From the human T2T-CHM13v2.0 reference genome, Homo sapiens: 64,000 bases of DNA. Below are positions 12,600 through 27,500 of this stretch, in pieces. Both the position numbers and the translations under genes were made by a program. The first letter of the stretch is position 1, and each line of letters opens with the position of its first letter. The stretch lies in the NCBI RefSeq assembly GCF_009914755.1, contig NC_060933.1; one strand, written 5' to 3'. The notes beneath the pieces are model-generated. The model saw only the letters and a program-made list of their open reading frames with translations. It was not told the origin of the DNA and did no database searches.

Positions 12600-15500
12600 A
12601 TGGAATGGAATGGAATGGAACGGAACGGAACGGAATGGAATGGAATGGAATGGAATGGAACGGAAAGGAACGGAATGGAATGGATTGGAATGGAATGGAA
12701 TGGAATGGAATGGAATGGAATGGAATGGAACGGAAAGGAATGGAATGGAATGGAATGGAATGGAATGGAATGGAATCAACGCGAGTGCAGGGGAATCGAA
12801 TGGAATGGAATGCAATGGAATGGAATCTTCCGGAATGGAATGGAATGGAATGGAATGGAATGGAATCAACCCGAGTGCAATGGAATGGAGTGGAATGGAA
12901 TGGAATGGAATGGAACAACCCGAATGGAATGGAATGTAATGGAGAGTAAGGGAGTTGAATAGAATCAATCCGAATGGAATGGAATGGAATGGAACGGAAT
13001 GGAATTGAATGGAATGGAATGGAATGCAATGGAATGGAATCAACCCGAGTGCAATGGAATGGAGAGGAATGGAATGGAATGGAATGGAAACTACCCGAAT
13101 GGAATGGAATGTAATGGAGTGTAAGGGAAATGAATAGAAACAATCCGAATGTAATGGAATGGAATGGAACGGAATGGAATGGAATGGAATGGAATGGAAT
13201 GCAATGGAATGCAATGGAATGGAATCAACCCGAGTGCAATCGAATGGAATCGAATGGAATGGAATGCAATGGAATGGATTCAACTTGAATGGAATGGAAA
13301 GAATGGAATCAACACGAGTGGAATGGCATGGATTGGAATGGAATGGAATGGAATCAACCCGAGTACAGGGGAATGGAATGGAATGGAATGCAATGGAATG
13401 GAATCATCCGTAAAGGAATGGAAAGGAATGGAATGGAATGCAATGGAATGGAATGCAATGGAATGGAATGGAAACAACTCGATTGCAATCGAATGGAATG
13501 GAATGGAATTAACCCGAATAGAATGGAATGGAATGGAATGGAACGGAACGGAATGGAATGGAATGGAATGGAATGGAATGGAACGGAACGGAATGGAATG
13601 GAATGGAATGGAATGGAATGGAAAGGAAAGGAAGAGAATGGAATGGAATAGAATGGAATGGAATGGAATCAACGCGAGTGCAGGGGAATGGAATGGAATG
13701 GAATGCAATGGAATGGAATCTTCCGGAATGGAATGGAATGGAATGGAATGGAATGGAATGGAATCAACCCGAGTGCAATGGAATGTAGTGGAATGGAATG
13801 GAATGGAATGGAACAACCCGAATGGATTGGAATGTAATGGATAGTAAGGGAGTTGAAAAGAATCAATCCGAATGTAATGGAATGGAAAGGAACGGAATGG
13901 AATGGAATGGAATGGTATGGAATGCAATGGAATGGAATCAACCCGAGTACAATGGAATGGAATGGAATGGAATGGAATGGAATGGAATGGAATGGAATGC
14001 AATGGAATGCAATGGAATGGAATCTTCCGGAATGGAATGGAATGGAATGCAATGGAATGGAATGGAATGGAATGCAATGGATTCAACTCGATTGCAATGG
14101 AATGGAATGGAATGGAACGGAATGGAATGGAATGGAATGGAATTAAACCGAATAGACTGGAACGGAATGGAGTGGAACGGAACAGAACGGAACGGAACGG
14201 AACGGAGTGGAATGGAATGGAATGGAATTGTATGGAATGGAATGGAATGGTACGGAATAGAATGGAATGGAAAGAATTGGAATGGAATGGAATCGTATGG
14301 AATGGAATGGAATGGAATGGAATCAACCCGAGTGCAGGGGAATGTAATGGAACGGAATGCAATGGAATGGAATCATCCGGAATGGAATGGAATGGAATGG
14401 AATGGAATGGAATGGAATGGAATGGAATCAACCCGAGCGCAATGGAATGGAGTGGAATGGAATGGAATGGAGTGGAACAACCCGAATGGAATGGAATGTA
14501 ATGGAGAGTAAGGGAGTGGAATAGAAACAATCCGAATGTAATGGAATGGAACGGAATGGAATGGAATGGAATGGAATGGAATGGAAGGGAATGCAATGGA
14601 ATGGAATCAACCCGAGTACAATGGAACGGAATGGAATAGAATGGAATGGAATGGAATGGAATGGAATGGAATGGAATGGAATCAACCCGAGTGCAATGGA
14701 ATGGAGAGGAATGGAATGGAATGGAATGGAAACTACCCGAATGGAATGGAATGGAATGGAATGTAAGGGAATTGAATAGAATCAATCCGAATGGAATGGA
14801 ATGGAATGGAACGGAATGTAATGGAATGGAATGGAATGGAATCAACCCGAGTGCAGGGGAATGGAATGGAATGGAATGCAATGGAATGGAATCATCCGGA
14901 ATGGAATGGAATGGAATGCTATGGAATGGAATGGAATGGAATCAACCCGAGTGCGAATGAATGGAGTGAAATGGAATGGAATGGAATGGAGACAACCAGA
15001 ATGGATTGGAATATAATGGAGTGTAAGGGAAATGAATAGAATCAATCTGAATGTAATGAAATGGAATGGAACGGAATGGAATGGAATGAAATGGAATGGA
15101 ATGGAATGCAATGGAATGGAATCAACCCGAGTGCAATCGAATGGAATCGAATGGAATGGAATGCAATGGAATGGATTCAACTTGAATGGAATGGAAAGAA
15201 TGGAATCAACACGAGTGGAATGGCATGGATTCGAATGGAATGGAATGGAATCAACCCGAGTATAGGGGAATGGAATGGTATGGAATGCAATGGAATGGAA
15301 TCATCCGTAATGGAATGGAAAGGAATGGAAAGGAATGGAATGGAATGGAATGGAATGGAATGGAATCAACTCGATTGCAATCGAATGGAATGGAATGGAA
15401 TTAACCCGAATAGAATGGAATGGAATGGAATGGAATGGAACGCAACGGAATGGAATGGAATGGAATGGAATGGAATGGAATGGAATGGAACGGAACGGAA

Positions 15501-18500
15501 TGGAATGGAATGGAATGGAATGGAATGGAATGGAATCAACGCGAGTGCAGGGGAATGGAATGGAATGGAATGGAATGCAATGGAATGGAATCTTCCGGAA
15601 TGGAATGGAATGGAATGGAATGGAATGGAATGGAATGAAATGCAATGGATTCAACTCGATTGCAATGGAATGGAATAGAATGGAATGGAATGGAATGGAA
15701 TGGAATTAATTCGAATAGAATGTAATGGAATGGAATGGAACGGAATGGAACCGAATGGAATGGAATGGAATGGAATGGAATGGTATGGAATGGAATGGAA
15801 TGGTACGGAATAGAATGGAATGGAACGAATTGTAATGGTATGGAATTGAATGGAATGGAATGGAATGGAATGGAATCAACGCGAGTGCAGGGGAATGTAA
15901 TGCAACGGAATGCAATGGAATGGAATCATCCGGAATGGAATGGAATGGAATGGAATGGAATGGAATCAACCCGAGTGCAATGGAATGGAGTGGAATGGAA
16001 TGGAATGGAATGGAAAAACCCGAATGGAATGGAATGTAATGGAGAGTAAGGGAGTTGAATAGAATCAATCAGAATGTAATGGAATGGAATGCAACGGAAT
16101 GGAATGGAATGGAATGGAATGGAATGGAATGGAATGGAATGCAATGGAATGGAATCAACCCGAGTACAATGGAATGGATTGGAATGGAATGGAATGGAAT
16201 GGAATGGAATGGAATGATACGGAATAGAATGGAATGGAAAGAAATGGAATGGAATGGAATGGAATGGAATGGAATGGAATGGAATCGAATGGAATGGAAT
16301 CGTTCTGAGTGGAATAGGAGGGAATGTATTCGAGTGGAATGGAAAGGAATGGAAAAAACCTGAGTGGAATGGAAGGGAATGGAATGGAATGGAAACTAAT
16401 AGAATGGAATCAACCCGAGAGGAATGGAATGGAAAGGACTGGAATGGAATGGAATGGAATGGAATCAACTCGATTGTAATGGAATGGAATGGAATGCAAT
16501 GGAATTAACCCGAATACAATGTAATGGAATGGAATGGAACGGAATGGAGTGGAATCGAATGGAATCAACCCGAGTGCAGGGGAATGGAATGGAATGGAAT
16601 GCAATGGAATGGAATCATCCGGAATGGAATGGAATGGAATGGAATGCAAAGCAATGGAATCAACTCGATTGCAATGGAATGGAATGGAATGGAAAGGAAT
16701 ACATTGGAATCAACACGAGTGGAATGGAATGGAAAGGACTGGAATGGAGTGGAATGGAATGGAATGGAATGGAATGGAATGGAAACAACTCGATTGGAAT
16801 GGAATGGAATGGAATGGAATGGAATGGAATTAATCCGAATAGAATGGAATGGAATGGAATGGAACGGAATGGAATGGAATGGAATGGAATGGAATGGAAT
16901 GGAATGGAAACAACCCGACTGCAGGGGAATGGAATGGAATGGATTGCAATGGAATGGATTCAACTTGAATGGAATGGAAAGAATGGAATCAACACGAATG
17001 GAATGGCATGGATTGGAATGGAATGGAATGGAATAAACACGAGTACAGGGGAATGGAATGGAATGGAATGCAATGGAATGGAATCATCCGTAATGGAATG
17101 GAAAGCAATGGAATGGAATGGAATGGAATGGAATGGAATGGAACTCAACTCGATTGCAATCGAATGGAACGGAATGGAATTAACCAGAATAGAATGGAGT
17201 GGAATGGAATGGAATGGAACGGAACGGCATGGAATGGAATGGAAGGGAATGGAATGGAATGGAACGGAACAGAACGGAATGGATGGAATGGAATGGAATG
17301 GAATGGAATGGAATCAACGCGAGTGCAGGGGAATGGAATGGAGTGGAATGCAATGGAATGGAATCTTCCGGAATGGAATGGAATGGAATGGAATGGAATG
17401 AACTGCAATGGATTCAACTCGATTGCAATGGAATGGAATAGAATGGAATGGAATGGAATGGAATGGAATTAACCCGAATAGAATGGAATGGAATGGAATG
17501 GAACGGAATGGAACGGAATGGAATGGAATGGAATGGAATGGAATGGTATGGAATGGAATGGAATGGTACTGAATAGAATGGAATGGAACGAATTGTAATG
17601 GAATGGAACTGAATGGAATGGAATGGAATGGAATGGAATCAACGCGAGTGCAGGGGAATGTAATGGAACGGAATGCAATGGAATGGAATCATCCGGAATG
17701 GAATGGAATGGAATGGAATGGAATGGAATGAAATCAACCCGAGTGCAATGGAATGGAGTGGAATGGAATGGAATGGAATGGAACAACCCGAATGGAATGG
17801 AATGTAATGGAGAGTAAGGGAGTTGAATAGAATCAATCCGAATGTAATGGAATGGAATGCAACGGAATGGAATGGAATGGAATGGAATGGAATGGAATGG
17901 AATGGAATGGAATGGAATGCAAAGGAATGGAATCAACCCGAGTGGAATGGCATGGAATGGAATGCAATGGAATGGAATGGAATGGAATCAACTCGAGTGG
18001 AAAGGAATGGAATGGAATGGAATGGAATGGAATGGAATTCAATGACATGGAATCAACCCGAGTGCAATAGAATGGAATCGAATGGAATGGAATGCAATGG
18101 AATGGATTCAACTTGAATGGAATGGAAAGAATGGAATCAACACGAGTGGAATGGCATGGATTGGAATGGAATGGAATGGAATCAACCCGAGTACAGGGTA
18201 ATGGAATGGAATGGAATGCAATGGAATGGAATCATCCGTAATGGAATGGAAAGGAATGGAATGGAATGGAATGGAATAGAATGGAATGGAATGGAATGGA
18301 ATCAACTCGATTGCAATCGAATGGAATGGAATGGAATTAACCCGAATAGAATGGAATGGAATGCAACGGAACGGAATGGAATGGAATGGAATGGAACGGA
18401 ACGGAACGGAATGGAATGGAATGGAATGGAATCAACGCGAGTGTAGGGGAATGGAATGGAATGCAATGGAATGGAATCTTCCGGAATGGAATGGAATGGA

Positions 18501-21500
18501 ATGGAATGGAATGAAATGCAATGGATTCAACTCGATTGCAATGGAATGGAATAGAATGTAATGGAATGGAATGGAATGGAATTAATCCGAATAGAATGGA
18601 ATGGAATGGAATGGAACGGAATGGAACGGAATGGAATGGAATGGAATGGAATGGTATGGAATGGAATGGAATGGTACGGAATAGAATGGAATGGAACGAA
18701 TTGTAATGGAATTGAATTGAATGGAATGGAATGGAATGGAATGGAATCAACGCGATTGCAGGGGAATGTAATGGAACGGAATGCAATGGAATGGAATCAT
18801 CCGGAATGGAATGGAATGGAATGGAATGGAATGGAATGGAATCAACCCGAGTGCAATGGAATGTAATGGAGAGTAAGGGAGTTGAATAGAATCAATCCGA
18901 ATGTAATGGAATGCAATGTAACGGAATGGAATGGAATGGAATGGAATGGAAAGGAATGGAATGGAATGCAATGGAATTGAATCAACCCGAGTACAATGGA
19001 ATGGAATGGAATGGAATGGAATGGAATGGAATCGAATGGAATGATACGGAATAGAATGGAATGGAACGAAATGGAATGGAATGGAATGGAATGGAATGGA
19101 ATCGTTCTGAGTGGAATAGGAGGGAATGTATTCGAGTGGAATGGAAAGGAATGGTATCAACCAGAGTGGAATGGAAGGGAATGGAATGGAATGGAAACTA
19201 ATAGAATGGAATCAACCCGAGTGGAATGGAATGGAAAGGACTGGAATGGAATGGAATGGAATGGAATCAACTCGATTGTAATGGAATGGAATGGAATGGA
19301 ATGGAATGGAATTAACCCGAATACAATGGAATGGAATGGAATGGAACGGAATGGAGTAGAATGCAATGGAATCAACCCGAGTGCAGGGGAATGGAATGGA
19401 ATGGAATGCAATGGAATGGAATCATCCGGAATGGAATGGAATGGAATGGAATGCAAAGCAACGGAATCAACTCGATTGCAATGGAATGGAATGGAATGGA
19501 AAGGAATAAATTGGAATCAACCCGAGTGGAATGGAATGGAAAGGAGTGGAATGGAGTGGAATGGAATGGAATGGAATGGAATGGAATCAACTCGATTGGA
19601 ATGGAATGGAATGGAATGGAATGGAATGGAATGGAATGGAATGGAATCAACCCGAGTACAATGGAATGGAGTGGAATGGAATGGAATGGAATGGAACAAC
19701 CCGAATGGAATGGAATGTAATGGAGAGTAAGGGAGTTGAATAGAATCAATCCGAATGTAATGGAATGGAATGGAACGGAATGGAATTGAATGGAATGGAA
19801 TGGAATGCAATTGAATGGAATCAACCCGAGTGCAATGCAATGGAGAGGAATGGAATGGAATGGAATGGAAACTACCCGAATGGAATGGAATGTAATGGAG
19901 TGTAAGGGAATTGAATAGAATCAATCCGAATGTAATGGAATGGAATGGAACGGAATGGAATGGAATGGAATGCAATGGAATGGAATGGAATGCAATGGAA
20001 TGGAATCAACACGAGTGCAATCGAATGGAATCGAATGGAATGGAATGCAATGGAATGGATTCAACTTGAATGGAATGGAAAGAATGGAATCAACACGAGT
20101 GGAATGGCATGGATTGGAATGGAATGGAATGGAATCAACCCGAGTACAGGGGAATGGAATGGAATGGAATGCAAAGCAATGGAATCATCCGTAATGGAAT
20201 GGAAAGGAATGGAATGGAATGGAATGGAATGGAATGGAATCAACTCGATTGCAATCGAATGGAATGGAATGGAATTAAACCGAATAGAATGGAATGGAAT
20301 GGAATGGAACGGAACGGAATGGAATGGAATGGAATGGAACGGAACGGAACGGAATGGATGGAATGGAATGGAATGGAATGGAATGGAATCAACGCGAGTG
20401 CAGGGGAATGGAATGGAATGGAATGCAATGGAATGGAATCTTCCGGAATGGAATGGAATGGAATGGAATGGAATGAAATGCAATGGATTCAACTCGATTG
20501 CAATGGAATGGAATGGAATGGAATGGAATGGAATGGAATTAACCCGCATAGAATGGAATGGAATGGAATGGAATGGAATGGAATGGAATTAATTCGAATA
20601 GAATGGAATGGAATGGAATGGAACGGAATGGAACAGAATATAATGGTACGGAATAGAATGGAATGGAACGAATTGTAATGGAATGGAATTGAATGGAATG
20701 GAATGGAATGGAATGGAATCAACGCGAGTGCAGGGGAATGTAATGGAACGGAATGCAATGGAATGGAATCATCCGGAATGGAATGGAATGGAATGGAATG
20801 GAATGGAATCAACCCGAGTGCAATGGAATGGAGTGGAATGGAATTGAATGGAATGGAACAACCCGAATGGAATGGAATGTAATGGAGAGTAAGGGAGTTG
20901 AATAGAATCAATCCGAATGTAATGGAATGGAATGCAACGGAATGGAATTGAATGGAATGGAATGGAATGTAATGGAATTGAATCAACCCGAGTACAATGG
21001 AATGGAATGGAATGGAATGGAATGGAATGGAATGGAATGGAATGGAATGATACGGAATAGAATGGAATGGAACGAAATGGAATGGAATGGAATGGAATGG
21101 AATGGAATGGAATCGTTCTGAGTGGAATAGGAGGGAATGTATTCGAGTGGAATGGAAAGGAATGGAAAAATCCTGAGTGGAATGGAAGGGAATGGAATGG
21201 AATAGAAACTAATAGAATGGAATCAACCCGAGAGGAATGGAATGGAAAGGACTGGAATGGAATGGAATGGAATGGAATCAACTCGATTGTAATGGAATTG
21301 AATGGAATGGAATGGAATGGAATGGAATTAACCCGAATAGAATGGAATGGAATGGAATGGAACGGAATGGAACGGAATGGAATGGAATGGAATGGAATGG
21401 AATGGAAAGGTATGGAATGGAATGGAATGGTAAGGAATAGAATGGAATGGAAAGAATTGTAATGGAATGGAATTGAATGGAATGGAATGGAATGGAATGG

Positions 21501-24500
21501 AATCAACGCGAGTGCAGGGGAATGTAACGGAACGGAATGCAATGGAATGGAATCATCCGGAATGGAATGGAATGGAATGGAATGGAATGGAATCAACCCG
21601 AGTGCAATGGAATGGAGTGGAATGGAATGGAATGGAATGGAACAACCCGAATGGAATGGAATGTAATGGAGAGTAAGGGAGTTGAATAGAATCAATCGGA
21701 ATGTAATGGAATGGAATGCAACGGAATGGAATGGAATGGAATGGAATGGAATGGAATGGAATGCAATGGAATTGAATCAACCCGAGTGCAATAGAATGGA
21801 ATCGAAAGGAATGGAATGCAATGGAATGGATTCAACTTGAATGGAATGGAAAGAATGGAATCAACACGAGTGGAATGGCATGGATTGGAATGGAATGGAA
21901 TGGAATCAACCCGAGTACAGGGGAATGGAATGGAATGGAATGCAATGGAATGGAATCATCCGTAATGGAATGGAAAAGAATGGAATGGAATGGAATGGAA
22001 TGGAATGGAATGGAATGGAATCAAACTCGATTGCAATCGAATGGAATGGAATGGAATTAACCCGAATAGAATGGAATGGAATGGAATGGAATGGAACGGA
22101 ACGGAATGGAATGGAATTGAATGGAATGGAACGGAACGGAATGGAATGGAATGGAATGGAATGGAATGGAATCAACGCGAGTGCAGGGGAATGGAATGGA
22201 ATGGAATGCAATGGAATGGAATCTTCCGGAATGGAATGGAATGGAATGAAATGCAATGGATTCAACTCGATTGCAATGGAATGGAATAGAATGGAATGGA
22301 ATGGAATGGAATGGAATTAATCCGAATAGAATGGAATGGAATGGAATGGAACGGAATGGAACGGAATGGAATGGAATGGAATGGAATGGAATGGAATGGT
22401 ATGGAATGGAATGGAATGGTATGGAATAGAATGGAATGGAACGAATTGTAATGGAATGGAATTGAATGGAATGGAATGGAATGGATTGGAATCAACGCGA
22501 GTGCAGGGGAATGTAATGGAACGGAATGCAATGGAATGTAATCATCCGGAATGGAATGGAATGGAATGGAATGGAATGGAATGGAATGGAATCAACCCGA
22601 GTGCAATGGAATGTAATGGAGAGTAAGGGAGTTGAATAGAATCAATCCGAATGTAATGGAATGGAATGCAACGGAATGGAATGGAATGGAATGGAATGGA
22701 ATGGAATGCAATGGAATTGAATCAACCCGAGTACAATGGAATGGAATGGAATGGAATGGAATGGAATGGAATGGAATGGAATGATACGGAATAGAATGGA
22801 ATGGAACGAAATGGAATGGAATGGAATGGAATGGAATGGAATGGAATTGAATGGAATGGAATGGAATCGCTCCGAATGGAATAGGAGGGAATGTATTCGA
22901 GTGGAATGGAAAGGAATGGTATCAACCAGAGTGGAATGGAAGGGAATGGAATGGAATGGAAACTAATAGAATGGAATCAACCCGAGTGGAATGGAATGGA
23001 AAGGACTGGAATGGAATGGAATGGAATGGAATCAACTCGATTGTAATGGAATGGAATGGAATGGAATGGAATGGAATTAACCCGAATACAATGGAATGGA
23101 ATGGAATGGAACGGAATGGAGTGGAATGGAATGGAATGAACCCGAGTGCAGGGGAATGGAATGGAATGGAATGCAATGGAATGGAATCATCCGGAATGGA
23201 ATGGAATGGAATGGAATGCAAAGCAATGGAATCAACTCGATTGCAATGGAATGGAATGGAATGGAAAGGAATACATTGGAATCAACCCGAGTGGAATGGA
23301 ATGGAAAGGACTGGAATGGAGTGGAATGGAATGGAATGGAATGGAATGGAATCAACTCGATTGGAATGGAATGGAATGGAATGGAATGGAATTAACCCGA
23401 ATAGAATGGAATGGAATGGAATGGAACGGAACGGAACGGAATGGAATGGAATGGAATGGAATGGAATGGAATGGAATGGAATGGAATCAACCCGACTGCA
23501 GGGGAATGGAATGGAATGGAATGCAATGGAATGGAATCTTCCGGAATGGAATGGAATGGAATGGAATGGAATGAAATGCAATGGGTTCAACTCGATTGCA
23601 ATGGAATGGAATAGAATGGAATGGAATGGAATGGAATGGAATGGAATTAACCCGCATAGAATGGAATGGAATGGAATGGAATGGAATGGAATTAATTCGA
23701 ATCGAATGGAATGGAATGGAATGGAATGGAATCAACTCGATTGCAATCGAATGGAATGGAATGGAATTAACCCGAATGGAATGGAATGGAATGGAATGGA
23801 ACGGAACGGAATGGAATGGAATGGAATGGAATGGAACGGAAAGGAAGGGAATGGAATGGAATAGAATGGAATGGAATGGAATCAACGCGAGTGCAGGGGA
23901 ATGGAATGGAATGGAATGCAATGGAATGGAATCTTCCGGAATGGAATGGAATGGAATGGAATGGAATGGAATCAACCCGAGTGCAATGGAATGGAGTGGA
24001 ATGGAATGGAATGGAATGGAACAACCCGAATGGAATGGAATGTAATGGAGAGTAAGGGAGTTGAATAGAATCAATCCGAATGTAATGGAATGGAATGGAA
24101 CGGAATGTAATTGAATGGAATGGAATGGAATGCAATGGAATCGAATCAACCCGAGTGCAATGGAATGGAGAGGAATGGAATGGAATGGAATGGAAACTAC
24201 CCGAATGGAATGGAATGTAATGGAGTGTAAGGGAATTGAATAGAATCAATCCGAATGTAATGGAATGGAATGGAACGGAATGGAATGGAATGGAATGGAA
24301 TGGAATGGAATGGAATGCAATGGAATGGAATCAACCCGAGTGCAATCGAATGGAATCGAATGGAATGGAATGCAATGGAATGGATTCAACTTGAATGGAA
24401 TGGAAAGAATGGAATCAACACGAGTGGAATGGCATGGATTGGAATGAAATGGAATGGAATCAACCCGAGTACAGGGGAATGGAATGGAATGGAATGCAAT

Positions 24501-27500
24501 GGAATGGAATCATCCGTAATGGAATGGAAAGGAATGGAATGGAAAGGAATCAACTCGATTGCAATAGAATGGAATGGAATGGAATTAACCCGAATAGAAT
24601 GGAATGGAATGGAATGGAACGGAATGGAACAGAATATAATGGTACGGAATAGAATGGAATGGAACGAATTGTAATGGAATGGAATTGAATGGAATGGAAT
24701 GGAATGGAATGGAATCAACGCGAGTGCAGGGGAATGTAATGGAACGGAATGCAATGGAATGGAATCATCCGGAATGGAATGGAATGGAATGGAATGGAAT
24801 GGAATCAACCCGAGTGCAATGGAATGGAGTGGAATGGAATTGAATGGAATGGAACAACCCGAATGGAATGGAATGTATTGGAGAGTAAGGGAGTTGAATA
24901 GAATCAATCCGAATGTAATGGAATGGAATGCAACGGAATGGAATTGAATGGAATGGAATGGAATGTAATGGAATTGAATCAACCCGAGTACAATGGAATG
25001 GAATGGAATGGAATGGAATGGAATGGAATGGAATGGAATGGAATGATACGGAATAGAATGGAATGGAACGAAATGGAATGGAATGGAATGGAATGGAATG
25101 GAATGGAATCGTTCTGAGTGGAATAGGAGGGAATGTATTCGAGTGGAATGGAAAGGAATGGAAAAATCCTGAGTGGAATGGAAGGGAATGGAATGGAATA
25201 GAAACTAATAGAATGGAATCAACCCGAGAGGAATGGAATGGAAAGGACTGGAATGGAATGGAATGGAATGGAATCAACTCGATTGTAATGGAATTGAATG
25301 GAATGGAATGGAATGGAATGGAATTAACCCGAATAGAATGGAATGGAATGGAATGGAACGGAATGGAACGGAATGGAATGGAATGGAATGGAATGGAATG
25401 GAAAGGTATGGAATGGAATGGAATGGTAAGGAATAGAATGGAATGGAAAGAATTGTAATGGAATGGAATTGAATGGAATGGAATGGAATGGAATGGAATC
25501 AACGCGAGTGCAGGGGAATGTAACGGAACGGAATGCAATGGAATGGAATCATCCGGAATGGAATGGAATGGAATGGAATGGAATGGAATGGAATCAACCC
25601 GAGTGCAATGGAATGGAGTGGAATGGAATGGAATGGAATGGAACAACCCGAATGGAATGGAATGTAATGGAGAGTAAGGGAGTTGAATAGAATCAATCGG
25701 AATGTAATGGAATGGAATGCAACGGAATGGAATGGAATGGAATGGAATGGAATGGAATGGAATGCAATGGAATTGAATCAACCCGAGTGCAATAGAATGG
25801 AATCGAAAGGAATGGAATGCAATGGAATGGATTCAACTTGAATGGAATGGAAAGAATGGAATCAACACGAGTGGAATGGCATGGATTGGAATGGAATGGA
25901 ATGGAATCAACCCGAGTACAGGGGAATGGAATGGAATGGAATGCAATGGAATGGAATCATCCGTAATGGAATGGAAAAGAATGGAATGGAATGGAATGGA
26001 ATGGAATGGAATGGAATGGAATCAAACTCGATTGCAATCGAATGGAATGGAATGGAATTAACCCGAATAGAATGGAATGGAATGGAATGGAATGGAACGG
26101 AACGGAATGGAATGGAATTGAATGGAATGGAACGGAACGGAATGGAATGGAATGGAATGGAATGGAATGGAATCAACGCGAGTGCAGGGGAATGGAATGG
26201 AATGGAATGCAATGGAATGGAATCTTCCGGAATGGAATGGAATGGAATGAAATGCAATGGATTCAACTCGATTGCAATGGAATGGAATAGAATGGAATGG
26301 AATGGAATGGAATGGAATTAATCCGAATAGAATGGAATGGAATGGAATGGAACGGAATGGAACGGAATGGAATGGAATGGAATGGAATGGAATGGAATGG
26401 TATGGAATGGAATGGAATGGTATGGAATAGAATGGAATGGAACGAATTGTAATGGAATGGAATTGAATGGAATGGAATGGAATGGATTGGAATCAACGCG
26501 AGTGCAGGGGAATGTAATGGAACGGAATGCAATGGAATGTAATCATCCGGAATGGAATGGAATGGAATGGAATGGAATGGAATGGAATGGAATCAACCCG
26601 AGTGCAATGGAATGTAATGGAGAGTAAGGGAGTTGAATAGAATCAATCCGAATGTAATGGAATGGAATGCAACGGAATGGAATGGAATGGAATGGAATGG
26701 AATGGAATGCAATGGAATTGAATCAACCCGAGTACAATGGAATGGAATGGAATGGAATGGAATGGAATGGAATGGAATGATACGGAATAGAATGGAATGG
26801 AACGAAATGGAATGGAATGGAATGGAATGGAATGGAATGGAATTGAATGGAATGGAATGGAATCGCTCCGAATGGAATAGGAGGGAATGTATTCGAGTGG
26901 AATGGAAAGGAATGGTATCAACCAGAGTGGAATGGAAGGGAATGGAATGGAATGGAAACTAATAGAATGGAATCAACCCGAGTGGAATGGAATGGAAAGG
27001 ACTGGAATGGAATGGAATGGAATGGAATCAACTCGATTGTAATGGAATGGAATGGAATGGAATGGAATGGAATTAACCCGAATACAATGGAATGGAATGG
27101 AATGGAACGGAATGGAGTGGAATGGAATGGAATGAACCCGAGTGCAGGGGAATGGAATGGAATGGAATGCAATGGAATGGAATCATCCGGAATGGAATGG
27201 AATGGAATGGAATGCAAAGCAATGGAATCAACTCGATTGCAATGGAATGGAATGGAATGGAAAGGAATACATTGGAATCAACCCGAGTGGAATGGAATGG
27301 AAAGGACTGGAATGGAGTGGAATGGAATGGAATGGAATGGAATGGAATCAACTCGATTGGAATGGAATGGAATGGAATGGAATGGAATTAACCCGAATAG
27401 AATGGAATGGAATGGAATGGAACGGAACGGAACGGAATGGAATGGAATGGAATGGAATGGAATGGAATGGAATGGAATGGAATGGAATCAACCCGACTGC

